Positions 10,113-21,983 of a DNA stretch of 36,023 bases are shown here, piece after piece. A program made the position numbers and the translations under genes. The stretch spans positions 34,911,645 through 34,947,667 of the forward strand of contig NC_068988.1 of assembly GCF_001194135.2 (NCBI RefSeq). Direction: 5' to 3'. The notes under the pieces were generated by a model. It saw only the letters and a program-made list of their open reading frames with translations. It was not told where the DNA came from and did no database searches. Numbering within the stretch: the first letter of the stretch is position 1; every line of letters begins with the position of its first letter. Origin of the DNA: Octopus bimaculoides (Eukaryota).

Positions 10113-10480
10113 TAGTTCACTTTGCAACCATCTGGTTTTGGCTTCAGTCTCACAGCTGCAACAATTTGGATATGTGTCCTCTACTAATACCCTGAGCCAA
10201 TCAATGCTCTCTGAGTCAATTTGGTAGATGAAAACTGTGAGGAAGCCTGTTATGTATGTCTATATATATGTCTGTTTGTATTTGTTCCTCACCACCACTT
10301 GACGACCAGTGTTAGTTTCTTTACCAGTAACTGAGCAGTTTAGCTAAAGAGATCAACAGAATGAATTCCAAACTTAAAAATGAGTACTGGGGTTAATTTT
10401 TAACTAAACCCTTCAAGATGATGCTACAGCATACTCTCATTCCACTGACTTAAACACTTAAGTTAGATAAAGGTTAAGAT
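10113..10480 (+). mobile_element. SINE family A, old near-full copy nested in the MITE
   Basis: gcaaccatctggttttggcttcagtctc...atttggtagatgaaaactg...taaacccttcaag aligns with 17669-18060. Confidence 0.7.
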
Positions 10481-10489
10481 CATCTTGAC

Positions 10490-10546
10490 ATTTATATCAT
10501 AGAACCAGGGACAGTCTCAGATCGGTTGCTATAAGAAAATGGTTAG
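10490..10546 (+). mobile_element. MITE right end
   Basis: tatcatagaaccagggacagtctcag...aaaatggttag corresponds to 4279-4327. Confidence 0.6.
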
Positions 10547-11320
10547 TGTAACCACCTAGTGCTTGCATGCTTGTAGCAGAGTTCACTTTGTTGCAAGCAT
10601 TTGGGCCCCATCTTCAGTTTGATGATGCTATCTTCTCTTTCTCCAACCAGTCTCAGAAACCCTGACAAAATGTAAATGAAGTTTCATGAGCACTAACCTT
10701 TCCTCTCTAAATGAAAAAGCAACTTCTTTTTTTTTTTGAGCTGACAGCACGAATAGCAGACAGTTTTGATAGAATATGTAATGGTTGTTGTATCTTTGGT
10801 TTTGCTAGTAGTGCTGCTGCAAGTAGTGCTAGTGGTTTTGGTGGTGGTTTGGAGATAATAGGGTTTGTGAAGCTGGTGGCACTCTAGTTTGGGTAGGTTT
10901 GATTCTTTACTTTCAAAATAGTAGGTATTGTCAGTATAGATAGATGTGTGTTTGGGCAAAAATTAATTAGTCTTTTCTTTTTGTATATGTATTCTGCTTG
11001 TTATTTTTAGAGGATGATGTTACTTGTCATACTGTGGTCTCATGAATAAATATTGTTGTTACTAGTTGTAGTCAGGGCCAGATTAGGCTATTAAACAAAG
11101 TAATCATATGCTTAAGGCAACAAGACAAGGTGGGTGGCGGGGGGCCTACCAAATACATTTTTCCAGTGCTGGATACCACTGTGAAAATGGTGAATTATAA
11201 ACCTGCTGAGGTTTTTTTTTTTTTTGGATAAAAAAGTTTAACATTTCATTTTCTTTTTACCCCTGTTGTCCTAGTTATAAGTAATTTGCTGATATTGCTT
11301 GTGGCTAATTACTTTTATAG

Positions 11321-11399
11321 AAATTAAATTTAAAGAAGGACATATTTGATATAGTTGTGGGAAAGTCTAGCCTGGAGGTCTGGGGAAAAAAATTGCATT
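11321..11399 (+). CDS. Candidate 79-nt exon of an unidentified gene
   Basis: ctaattacttttatag| acceptor and T|gtaagt donor; only one frame open: KLNLKKDIFDIVVGKSSLEVWGKKLH. No family recognised. Confidence 0.25.
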
Positions 11400-11689
11400 G
11401 TAAGTTATTATTTTGTATTCAATTCTTATTACATTTTAATGCCTTGTCAGTTAGACAGTGAGAAGGTTGAAGGGTCACTACTGTTGGTGTTAAGCTTAAA
11501 GCATCAGTTGAACCTGTTTGTAACATTGCCATTCTGTAGACTAAAAGTATGTTATGAAGAAACCATGTTGGTGATGTAGTTCCAATCCCTGATTGAGCCA
11601 CTTTATTTAACTTGTTTCTTATACTTTTCTTTCTCGCACTCATAGCTATCATGCAACATTTATTCATTTATTTATATATTTATCACTCT

Positions 11690-11935
11690 ATAAGTTAGGC
11701 AGAGGAGTGACCATGTCTTTGCATCTCCTCCCTAGCAATTGAGCTTTGATGTGCCTGATGATTTAACCTGAGCAAGTACAGATTAGCATTGTCTGCAGGG
11801 AGGTGAAAGAGTTAGGGTGAGGTTGAAAGATGCAGAGGTAGAAGGTGAAATCGGGAACACATGTTTCTAACCGAGTTGCTAGACAGCAGTGTTAGAACTG
11901 GGTAACATGATAGAAGTGATAACCAAAGACCCAGT
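11690..11935 (-). mobile_element. Possible very old CR1-group LINE fragment (endonuclease-RT linker)
   Basis: Translation with stops LWLS..SC...CRQC*SVLAQVKSS...KTWSLL loosely fits the PWF..SC...RNxxKxVLxxAKxS...FWxL linker pattern. Confidence 0.3.
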
Positions 11936-12299
11936 CTTCAACAATATACCAGTGCATCAGTATTTTTGCAGGAGAAAAGTTGTTGATGAGGAAAAAGCTA
12001 TTTGCTATTAAAACTGCTGGTGGTGGTGGTGGTGGTGGTGGTGTTGTCTGTAATAAGCTTTCAAAGAAGTCATCTTAATGTGGTGGTGGAGCTATATTGA
12101 AAAAGAAAACAAGATTAACATGGACATTTGGGCCTGTTAAAATAACACTAGATTATTTAGCCTAGTGTTGACTAATAAATAATTGATTTGGCTGTCATCA
12201 TCACTGTTGTTGTTGATGTTGCAAATGGTTGCTGTCTTTTTCCTTTTGGTTTGTTCATTTTTTTCTATTTATTTATTCTTTTGGTGTTGCATCTTGTTA

Positions 12300-12425
12300 C
12301 AGAAACTGATTATACTATTACTACTTCCATCCCAACCACCACTATCGCAACTACTATTTCTACTACTATGACTACTACTAATACTACTACCATTGCTATC
12401 ACCACCACAGCTGCTGCTATTGTTA
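12300..12425. repeat. Decayed (ACT/ACC)n tract
   Basis: Source of the poly-T and poly-L ORFs. Confidence 0.8.
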
Positions 12426-12934
12426 GTGTTTTTTAACAGACTTTTTCTAAAAGGCTTTCCAAGTATCTAGAGCTGCGTTACTCAGAGTGTCTGTTTTCCT
12501 TATTTGAAAGCAGTAGGATGCAATATCAGTGACATCTGGCTGCTATTTCTTGCAAGCACAGAGCAATCATGTAAAAGGCTTGTCTCTGCTATTGTTGATC
12601 TTAAGAGGTCAATTGGGTTGTTGTTATTGTGATGGGATGGTTGTGAGCCCCTCCTACAAATTTCAGTGGAAAATGTCATTCACCATGGTTAGTGGGTGGA
12701 TGGGTGGTGGACCACTGACCAGCAGATATCCATTGTAACTGCTGGTAAATAGTCTAAGAGGGTGATTGAGCATCCAGGGAGGATGGTGGTGTTTATGGCA
12801 GCCATGTTAGATTATTCAAATTGGTTTTATGTATACACTCTTTTCCATCTCTCTCTCCCCACCACCCTGCAGTCATACAGACATGTATGCATGCACATCT
12901 TTTGTCTTTCATTTGTTTTGGTTCAAGAAATGCA

Positions 12935-13290
12935 GCTATGCTGAGGTCTTTGCCTTGACGGATTTAGTTGAAGAAACTGAGTGTGTATACTTATTTCTTT
13001 AAGTCTGGTATTTATTCTATCAGTCTTTTTTTGCCAAACCTCTAAGTTGTGGGGATGTAAGCAAACAAAAACTGGTGGTTAAATGGTGGGAAGGCAGACA
13101 AACACAAAGACACACACATAAACACCTACATGTGCATATACACGCACACAAGAGGACATAGAGAAACCAACAGCAATGGGGTCAAGAACAAACACAGACA
13201 CACACACATGGGGATGTAAATAAACCAACACTGGGTGTCAAGCTGTGGACAAGAGGAGGACAAACACAAAGACATGCACATTTACACACA
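12935..13290 (-). mobile_element. SINE family A 3' half, with the central segment repeated
   Basis: tttgccaaacctctaagttgtggggatgtaa matches 15886-15915; the ggggatgtaa..aaccaac...gacaaacacaaagac segment recurs at about 13049, 13165 and 13209. Confidence 0.7.
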
Positions 13291-13414
13291 TGCACCTATA
13301 TTGTTTTAGTTTTTGTTCATCCCTAGGTCAGCCCTTGTGTAAACCTGTGATCAAACAGCTCTAAGAATGACAATTCCGTGTTTTTGAATGTCAAGAATTA
13401 CATGACCAAGAAAT

Positions 13415-13433
13415 CATCGTCATCATCATCATC

Positions 13434-13482
<49 letters not shown>
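13415..13482. repeat. (ATC)n(ATT)n microsatellite
   Basis: Directly visible. Confidence 0.95.
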
Positions 13483-13483
<1 letters not shown>

Positions 13484-13485
13484 AT

Positions 13486-13655
13486 TTTGCCGAGGTCAAC
13501 TTTGCCCTTCATCCCTTTTGGCATTGATAAAATAAGTACCAGTCATATAATATGAACACTGGCATCAATGTAATCGACTCATCCTCTCCCTCAAAATGGT
13601 TGCCCTTGTGGCAACATTTGAAACTATTATTATTATTATTATTGTTGTTGTTGTT
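13486..13655 (+). mobile_element. SINE family B, 5'-truncated, with (ATT)n tail
   Basis: gccgaggtcaactttgcccttcatccc...gataaaataagtaccag...aatgtaatcgact...aacatttgaaac followed by (ATT)n. Confidence 0.8.
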
Positions 13656-14336
13656 GCTGTTTATTTGTTTGTTTATTTAAGGCTGTAACTTGCAGTTAGA
13701 GGGAAATTTTTACTGTTTTTTTTTTTGTGGTAGGTTGAGTCACTGTATGGCAGCTTCCTCTTAATTCTATTGAAGTGATACATTCATTCACACCCATAAC
13801 CTGTTTTCATTTACCCACATTTGTGTACACCGCAGCACTCACTGGTTATATTATGTTGAACTATGGGTAAAGATGAATTCTAATATTACAAGGTACCCCA
13901 CCACACACACACACACACACACATACACACACACTACCTTGGGAAGAGAAGGTACAAAGAAATATTATGTTGCAAATAAGACAACAAGTCAATGTAATTC
14001 TTTATTTCTACTAATAATATATTGTTAGAATGAACCTTCTCTCATGGCACACAAACTTGTTTTACAAATGTTGCAGCTACCTAACACTAACCCTATAAAA
14101 ACACAATCAATAAAGTTTAAGAGTGACTTTATTTACTTATTTATTTAGCTATCACATTTAGTTGATAATTGGATTTAATTCAACTTGAATTCTTCTGTTT
14201 CTTTTGAGAATAGACACATACACTAACATGCAGCATCATTATAAAGTCCTTAAGCAAATTTAATTTATACAAATTTAAAATTGCACTTAGACTTTATATT
14301 AACTCTGTGTATGTCATCATTATATTCTTCATTACC

Positions 14337-14485
14337 ACCATCATCATCAGTTTAATGTGTGTGTTCTATGCTGGTATTCTTTGGATGGTTTTCCAACATA
14401 TATCCAATCTGAGAGTTATATTAGTTTCCAATGTCTACTTGCAAGGTTTCTATGGTTGGATGCCTTTCCTAAAGCCAATATGCCT
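14337..14485 (-). mobile_element. Family D, decayed
   Basis: catcatcatcagtttaatgtg...gcaaggtttctatggttggatgcctttcctaaagccaa resembles 35821-35968. Confidence 0.6.
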
Positions 14486-15717
14486 TTAATAACACCAGCT
14501 ACCCTTCCTAACATCAAAATGTATATGTGTATATACATGTGTGTGTATATAAGTATATATATATATACATACATTTCACTTCCTATTTAAATGTTTTTGT
14601 TTATGCTTACATTGTATGATCTACATACCCAAAGCCAGAAGAACAAATTAAATGCGTTGGTGTTCATGGTGGAATATCTCTGATTAGAAGTCTGCTTCTT
14701 TGGTATATAGTTATGAAGACAGAATGACATTTATACTTAGAATAAAAGAAAAAAAGGGAGCTAGAAAAAGAAGGGAGCCACTTTGAAAGGAGTCATCTAC
14801 ATATGGATATGCTGAAGTAAAGTGTTTGAGTAGATTGAATTGTGTAATCTAAGACATATAAATAAAAATAAGTATTCCTTTATTTATTGGTGCTTTTTAG
14901 TATAAGGAATGTAGATGTGGTTATGTATGAACATATGTGTATCTATGTGTATGAATTGCATATGTACATATTTCTATGTATATACCTATGTGTGCGTGTG
15001 CACACACACTCACAATCACTTATAAGATCTTTCTCTCTTATATAACTGTTATGTATATGTGTGTACGTAATTACTTATTTGTTCGCTCTCTGTCTCTCTC
15101 TTTCTCTCTTTCTCATGTATATATCAAATGTATAAAATGAATGACTGAATAGCTGACCTTAGTCAGTCTAGTTAGACAAAAGACTGCACTTACACACCTG
15201 GAGCAAATCACTTTCTTCCATTTCGTTTGTGCTGCCCTCAAACTAGTACTGACAATAATAATCATCACTGAACAGAAATTCAAACAATTACTGGAAGGAA
15301 TTATCAATTTTGGCCATCTCTTTCTAGATCTGAAGATGATAAGAACTATTTTTATCAAGAGATCATATCACTATTAATAATTTCCTTTTCACTTGGCACA
15401 CAGCCAGATAATTTTGTTGGCACTAAAAAAAGAAAAACATAAAATAATATGAAAAAATTATCAATTGAAATGACAAAAGTAAATTCATATTGCTACCATT
15501 GGATAGAAGGCCAATACACCAGGCAGGATTTGAACACTGATCAGTTGTCATTCTTGTCTATTTCCTTTTTATTGAAAACTGTCGCATAGCTGTGTAGTGC
15601 ATAAGTTGTGAGTATTTGAATATGTAATGTATGTGTGAATGTGTGTGTATATGCCTGCGTACATATATGTGTATATCTCTGATATATATTTATATGTCAT
15701 TTGCGTCTATGTGTGTG

Positions 15718-15720
<3 letters not shown>

Positions 15721-15767
<47 letters not shown>
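15721..15767. repeat. (TA)n microsatellite abutting the SINE A 3' end
   Basis: Directly visible. Confidence 0.95.
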
Positions 15768-15768
<1 letters not shown>

Positions 15769-16151
15769 TCTTTTACTTGTTTCAGTCATTTGACTGAGGC
15801 CATGCTGGAGTACTGCCTTTAGTCGAGCAAGTCGACCCCAGGACTTATTCTTTGTAAGCCTAGTACTTATTCTATCGGTCTCTTTTTTGCCAAACCGCTA
15901 AGTTAGGGGACGTAAATGCACCACCATTCTTTGTCAAGTGATGTTGGGAGACAAACACAAACACATAAAAATATACACACACATACATATATACGATGGG
16001 CTTCTTTCAGTTTCCGTCTACCAAATCCACTCACACAGCTTTGGTTGGTCCGAGGCTATAGTAGAAGACACTTGCCCAAGGTGCCATGCAGTGGGACTGA
16101 ACCTGGAACCATGTGGTTGGTAAGCAAGCTACTTACTACAGAGCCACTCCT
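15768..16151 (-). mobile_element. SINE family A, full-length best-preserved copy (tRNA-derived head)
   Basis: Minus strand starts aggagTGGCTCTGTAGtaag (A-box-like) and has GGTTCAGTCCC (B-box-like, plus 16093-16103), a central (TG/TA) tract and a 3' end ...gactgaaacaagtaaaagag. At least 8 homologous copies lie in the window. Confidence 0.9.
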
Positions 16152-17049
16152 AATAAATAAATATATATATATGTATATCATATAGCTCTTGGGAGATTGA
16201 GAGATTAAATGCAACATAATACAGAATATATAAAACACGTGTAATATAGATAATTCTACAATTATTTGTTTGAAAACATTTGTTGTGAAGAAGGCAATAG
16301 TGTGAAAACATTTGAATGTTGCGATATAAGAAATGCATAGTATATACATGTTATTTTTAAGCTCCAATGTGTATGTGTGTGTGTACACACACACATACAC
16401 GCACAAATATTTTGGCAGGCATCGTTGCATTATGGAACTTTTACATTCCTAAAAAATTTATTATAGTAAGGAATTTTGTAACATGGATCTTTTACATTCA
16501 CTTACATGCCTCATGAAGGCCAGAAGAAAATTGGTTCCACATCATGGAAATCTGTGCTATGGCAAGCTTTTGAGGAATGCATAATTTACATAATTTGAGA
16601 GATGTCTGTGTATGTGTTCTTTTATTCTTTCATGCTGTAGCCATGCTGGGGAAATCATCCACTATCGCCAGCGAGACTACCAGACTACATGATTTCGGCC
16701 TTCCTTGGTCTTTTTAATGGCAGACCCCAAAGCTAGAGATAGCAGTGTTTCCTTTCTCAGCAATGTACATAGAATCTCAGTGTTTATTCAGGCACTGGCG
16801 TTGCAAATAGCAGTGGGCTTACTGAAAAGTAATTAATAACAACAGAAGCAGTATTGATACCACAAGGTAATATTTATCCCCATTTAAAAGTGGATGTTGT
16901 GTTAAAACCCACAACACTGCATTTTTTACCATGAGTGACCCTCATATGGACTGGTGGTGCATATAAACACTCCTATTTATATCGCTAGCAGGAGATAATT
17001 GTCTGCTATCACTGACGGGACTGCCAGATGAGATACACAAACACACACA

Positions 17050-17142
17050 CATACATATGTATATGTATGTGTATACATATGTATATGCATGTATACATAT
17101 GTATATATCAATATGTGTATTGGGTATATGTCTATATATATG

Positions 17143-17194
<52 letters not shown>

Positions 17195-17205
17195 TACATA
17201 TATAT
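17050..17205. repeat. Compound (TA/TG/CA)n microsatellite
   Basis: Directly visible. Confidence 0.9.
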
Positions 17206-17666
17206 GAAACAGAACAACATAGACAAATACAGCTATATCAGATACCATGGTACAAACATTCTTGGTTTATTAAGATTATTTTCACCTGTAGTGAATGTGT
17301 CACAACTCCTGAATGGCAGTTGAGACCAGCTCCATATGAGAAGGGGAGATAACCTTTAGAATAAAGTTTCCAAATGTGACATGCCTTTAAGAAAAAGGAC
17401 ATGGTTATCGTCTGGGGATTAGAGGACAGTCACAGACCCATGTTATGTATTTCTGTCATATATATTTGAGACAGGATCCCTGCTTAAGTTTGTTTCACAC
17501 AAGTCTAGATTAGTGGTTATTGTCAGATTTGTTCGCTTTCCTTGTTTTGAAATTTTTAGGCATTAGTATTTTTTTTTTTTTTAACCACAATGATAATCTT
17601 AGCTGATTGAAGTTTTTCATGCTTCTGTGTCAGTTATGTGTGGCTCTGCACTTCATATTTATGCAC

Positions 17667-18060
17667 AGTTGTGGCTGTGTGGTAAGAAGTTAGTTCCCAA
17701 CTGCATGATTCTGAGTTCAGTCCCTCAGCATGACACCTCAAGCAAGTGTCTTCTACAATAGCTCAAGTTAACCAATACCTTGTGAGCTGATTTGATACAC
17801 AGAAACTGAAACAAGCCCATCATCTGTATCTATATATCTGTGTGTGCGTGTGTTGCCTCCAGCACTGCTTAACAACCAGTTTTAGTTTGTTTACATTCAC
17901 ATAACCTAGCAGTTTGTTATAGGATACTGACGAAATAAGAGCCAGGCTTATCAAAAAAAAAAAAATAGCGCTGGCTGAAGTCGATTTGTTTGAGTAAAAC
18001 CCTTCAAGGTGGTGTCCCACCATATCCACAGTCAAATGGCCGATAGAGGTAAGATGTAAA
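17667..18060 (+). mobile_element. SINE family A, full-length older copy
   Basis: gtggctgtgtggtaag...gagttcagtccc...gcaagtgtcttctacaatagc...cttgtgag...gaaactgaaacaagccc...acccttcaaggtggtg is colinear with the reverse complement of 15768-16151. Confidence 0.82.
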
Positions 18061-18724
18061 AGGTACTGGGCGGAAGAAACGAACACTAATTAGACAGAAA
18101 GAATGTGACAGAGAGAGAGAGAGTGAGAGAGAGAGAGAACTTAGAGTGACTAGGGAAAGGAAAGAGAGAGACACATAATGAATAGTAAGTTCATTCTCTG
18201 ATCTCCACCTCTATTTCCAGTATAGCATTTGTAAAGATCCCCCCCCCCCCTGTTCAAATGTGAATCTTTTATTTATTTATATTTTCTTTTGTTTGGTGTT
18301 TGGAAATGGTTTCCCACACTCCCATTCAGAATTATGTGATCACTTTACACATCGTCTTTCTCTTCGTCTGCTTCTATTATCCTCCATTTCCTCATATGTC
18401 TGTTATCACTTCATTGTTTACTTTTTGGCTTTGTGTGGTGATGTAAGTGGTGGTGGAGGTGGTGGTGGTGGTTATGTCAGTGTGTTATACCATTTCAAAC
18501 AGACTAACAGACAGACTACAACCACGCCCACACTGCACTCCCCACTTTCACTTTGCAGTTTCCTGCTTATTATATTCTGTTATTATTTCCTGGTTATTTC
18601 TTTATTGTTGTTATTTGTTTTTACCCATTTTGTTTGATGAAGATTCCTCCACCCCACCCTCACTTTGTTATATTTTACCCTTTTTTCTGCCTCCTATGTT
18701 TTGGCTCCTTGTGACCAATAAAAG

Positions 18725-18758
<34 letters not shown>

Positions 18759-18780
18759 TGTTTTTATATTATTGTTATTA

Positions 18781-19108
18781 GGACAGTGAGCTGTCAGAAT
18801 CAATGGAGCATCATAAACAATTTTTTTGTGATATTTGTTCTGTTCCAACTCTTTATGTTCTGAGTTCAAATCCTGCTGAGGTCAGGTTTGCCATTCATCC
18901 CTTTGGAGGAAGCAGTGTGATGGATTACAGAATCATTAGCATATCAGAAAAAAATATTAGTGACATTTTTTTTTTGTTTTTTTGATTCCTTTACATTCTG
19001 AGTTCAAATCTCATTGAGGCAGACTTTGTCTTCCATCCTTTGGTGATTTATGCAATTAACTTAACTCCTCCCCTCAAAATTGCTGGCCTTGTGTTTAAAT
19101 TGGAAAGA

Positions 19109-19140
<32 letters not shown>

Positions 19141-19625
19141 CATCATTGAAGGTGGCATGCTGGCAGAATCATTAGCTTGTGAGACAAAACGCATAGCAGC
19201 ATTTCAGCCATCTTCACATTCTGGGTTCAAATTATGCTGAGGTCACCTTTGCTTTTCATCCTTTCAGGGTTGTTAAAATAAGTATTGGTTGAGTACTGGT
19301 GTTGATGTAGTTGGTTTACTCCCACCTGCCAAACTGCTGGCCTTCTGCTAAAATTTGAAATCATCATCATCAACATCATCATCATCATCATCATTATTAT
19401 TTTTATTATTTAAGGTGATGTGCTGACGAAACATTAGCATGCCAAACAAAATGTTAGGTGGCATTTCATTCATCTTTACATTCTAAGTTGAAATTCCACT
19501 GTGGTGGTCTTTGCTTTCCATCTTTCAGGATCGCTAAGACAAGTACCAGTTCAGTATTGGGGGTCAATGTAATCGACTTCTCCCTCTCCTTAAAAACTGC
19601 CGGCTTTGTGTCAAAATTTGAAGCC
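18781..19625 (+). mobile_element. Array of four head-to-tail SINE family B copies
   Basis: Units at about 18781-18908, 18909-19109, 19148-19360 and 19412-19625, each with a (c)agaatc/aaac-attagc head and a B-box-like gttcaaat/gttgaaat; units 2-4 end in aaattgctggcc...aaatttgaa plus (ATT/ATC)n. Confidence 0.82.
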
Positions 19626-20044
19626 ATTGCTATTATCATCATCATCATCATCATCATCATTATTGTTGTTGTTGTTATTATTATTATTATTATTATTATC
19701 ATAATCATCATTATTAATAGGAGGAGGAAATTTTATTAATTCCTTTGATCCTTGAATTAATTGTTTTCTTCCTTATACTGTATTGGACAGAGGCAGCATG
19801 GGGAAAGTGAATTACCCTTTGTTTATTGTCCTGTTTATGGTTATTTCTCTTTTTGAAGGTCCTAGAAGGTTGGGTTTGTCTTTTATCGCCAGAATCATTA
19901 TTATTAGCATTATTTCTTTTCTCTGTAATTTTGTATTTATTTTGGAATTGGCAATGTTGGACAGGGAAGAGGTTGATTGATGTAAAGCATTGCCCACATC
20001 CTATTGTTTCCTTGTGGGTCAAGAGTGGAGTAATTCATATGCTT

Positions 20045-20245
20045 GCTGTTGTTCATCCCTAGGTTGACCAACCGCAATTGAGCAGATGTTATATTCAAAG
20101 GTCCTATCTTTTACTATTTTGCCTGGAACACAGGACTACATTATCTAATGAGTCTCTTTTTAAGATGGTAAAGATATGATTTGAGAGAGATTTGGCTGTT
20201 ATTTCTTGTAGTTTGAGTGACCATGTAGAGGCAACATGTTCTCTC
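20045..20245 (-). mobile_element. SINE family C
   Basis: gttgttcatccctaggttgacc...ggactacattatctaatg...gatttggctgttatttcttgtag..gaccatgtagaggc; the same block order is seen at 25790-26010 and, inverted, at 29490-29670 and 32950-33090. Confidence 0.7.
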
Positions 20246-20504
20246 ATTATGCTTTTGGTGTAAGATGAATGGTAGTAAGGAAGAAGTCCTCAGAGCTGTC
20301 AGTTGTGGAAGGGAAGTTATTGTAATATTATAAGAGCCCAAAATGATTAATGAGAGATTCACACTTGTAAGGTTTAATTTGGGACCAAGACCAATGGTAG
20401 CATGTATGAAATCATTTTAGGAATCAAGAGTAGTTCCATCTTGTGGTATGTGGTCATCCAAATTTAAGGATTTCTTTCTTTTTATTTGTTTTTACCATAA
20501 GCCT

Positions 20505-20700
20505 AAAGCTGCAACTTGTTGAGGAGGAAATGGGCAATTAATTAAATCCCCCTCAGGGGTTGACTGATGCTATTTTACTAGCAATAAGAGGATGTCAAAT
20601 AAATTCAAACCTCAGTCAGTATTCGAACTCAGAACAAAAAACAGGCATAACTAAATAAGTACCAAGTAATGTTCAGTCTGGCACTCTATCAGTTCAGTAG
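20505..20700 (-). mobile_element. SINE family B, decayed
   Basis: ggatgtcaaataaattcaaacctcagtcagtattcgaactcagaac is the reverse complement of the family B core. Confidence 0.6.
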
Positions 20701-21884
20701 ATCGATGTCTTACTGATTGTTGTGTATGTATTGAATAGGAGCTTGACTGCTTTGTAAAGTCAGGAAAGAAAAATATGGCTACTAGTATGCATGCAGTGGC
20801 AAAAAGCTGAAGTGATAAAATTAACTGAGCAATTCATAGTAAAGATTGCGTTGTTTTCACAGTATCATTGGCAAAGCAATGAACTGGGGCCTACAAACTC
20901 CATCTATAGAAGACATTGGACAATGTAGTCTCAGATATACTATGGCCATGACTGAAATGTCTCAAATCATAGGCCTGAGTGAATGGTTGTGTTTTGTGTA
21001 CAATATTAAATGCTAAAGATTAGTATTCAATTTTAATACTGTCTCTTTATTTATTTACTTATTTATTTATTCATTATTATCTTCATCATCATCATCATCA
21101 TTATTATCATTATTATTATTTTTATGTGAAAGGAAAATTAACAATTGACAAATATCCTATGTCTTTAGTAATGTACATATTGAAAAGACAATGTTTTAAT
21201 ACAGGCTAAGAGCTTATCATACAGCATAATTACCTATATGAAAGCGAAGAAATAAGAAAGTAATTTTTTGATAAAGCATAGCATAAGAAAATCCATTATA
21301 CTAGAAATGTATTTTGTTTGTTTGTTTTTTTCTTTTGTGTTTGTTTTTATCTAAGAGCAATAGTCAAACACATTATTTAGATAACACTTTCATTATTCAG
21401 ATAACACATTCTTCAAAAATTCGAAATGGCTAATAAGAATTTGTACAAACAAGATCAGACAAATTCTAAAGCATCTAACCATTGACACGTGTTTAAACAA
21501 TGTAATAAACTTACTCAACTAGTAATGTTTCCTCTTTGACTAAGCAAACTCTGTTTTATGTCTGACTTACTTTATGAAATTCAATTAAAATCACTGAGTT
21601 TTATTTTAGAATACAAAGTTCACAAAATCAAATAAGTTTGTGCACTGTGTGGAGAAGTGAATTCTAGTATTTGTGATCAGGGTGGCCCTTTGAGAGAGAA
21701 GAAATCAAGGAGTGTGTTGGAGGGATGGGTATGAATAGGGTTGGAGAATGTAAGGAAATCAGAAGGTGAGGAGGTAGTGGGGATGGCTAGAGGAGGTCAC
21801 AACCAAGACACTGTGATGAAGAGAAAAGGAAGTACACAGAAAGCTGAGAAGATTAGGAGTTAGAAGAGTTAAGATAAAGAATTG

Positions 21885-21902
21885 TGTTGTGTGTGTACAT
21901 AT

Positions 21903-21983
<81 letters not shown>

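Noticed and set aside
10693-10959. 88-aa Thr-rich minus-strand ORF resembling a mucin stalk
   Set aside because: The core is a decayed (GGT/AGT)n tract, it ends in a poly-A-derived Lys run, and it lacks splice signals.
16085-16151. tRNA-like A and B boxes (also in family B heads)
   Set aside because: These are SINE heads; they run directly into SINE bodies and I see no complete cloverleaf.
16642-16836. 64-codon frame interrupted by a single in-frame TGA (16690-16692), suggesting selenocysteine or readthrough
   Set aside because: No selenoprotein-like context (no CxxU or similar) and no SECIS element that I can see; one TGA in 64 codons is unremarkable.
18781-19625. Repeat-spacer-like periodic structure suggesting a CRISPR array
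   Set aside because: Eukaryotic context; the units are diverged SINE bodies of about 130-210 bp separated by microsatellite tails, with no cas genes.
20491-20545. Acceptor plus LKLQLVEEEMGN* as a terminal exon
   Set aside because: The sequence derives from the reverse-strand tail region of a family B SINE.
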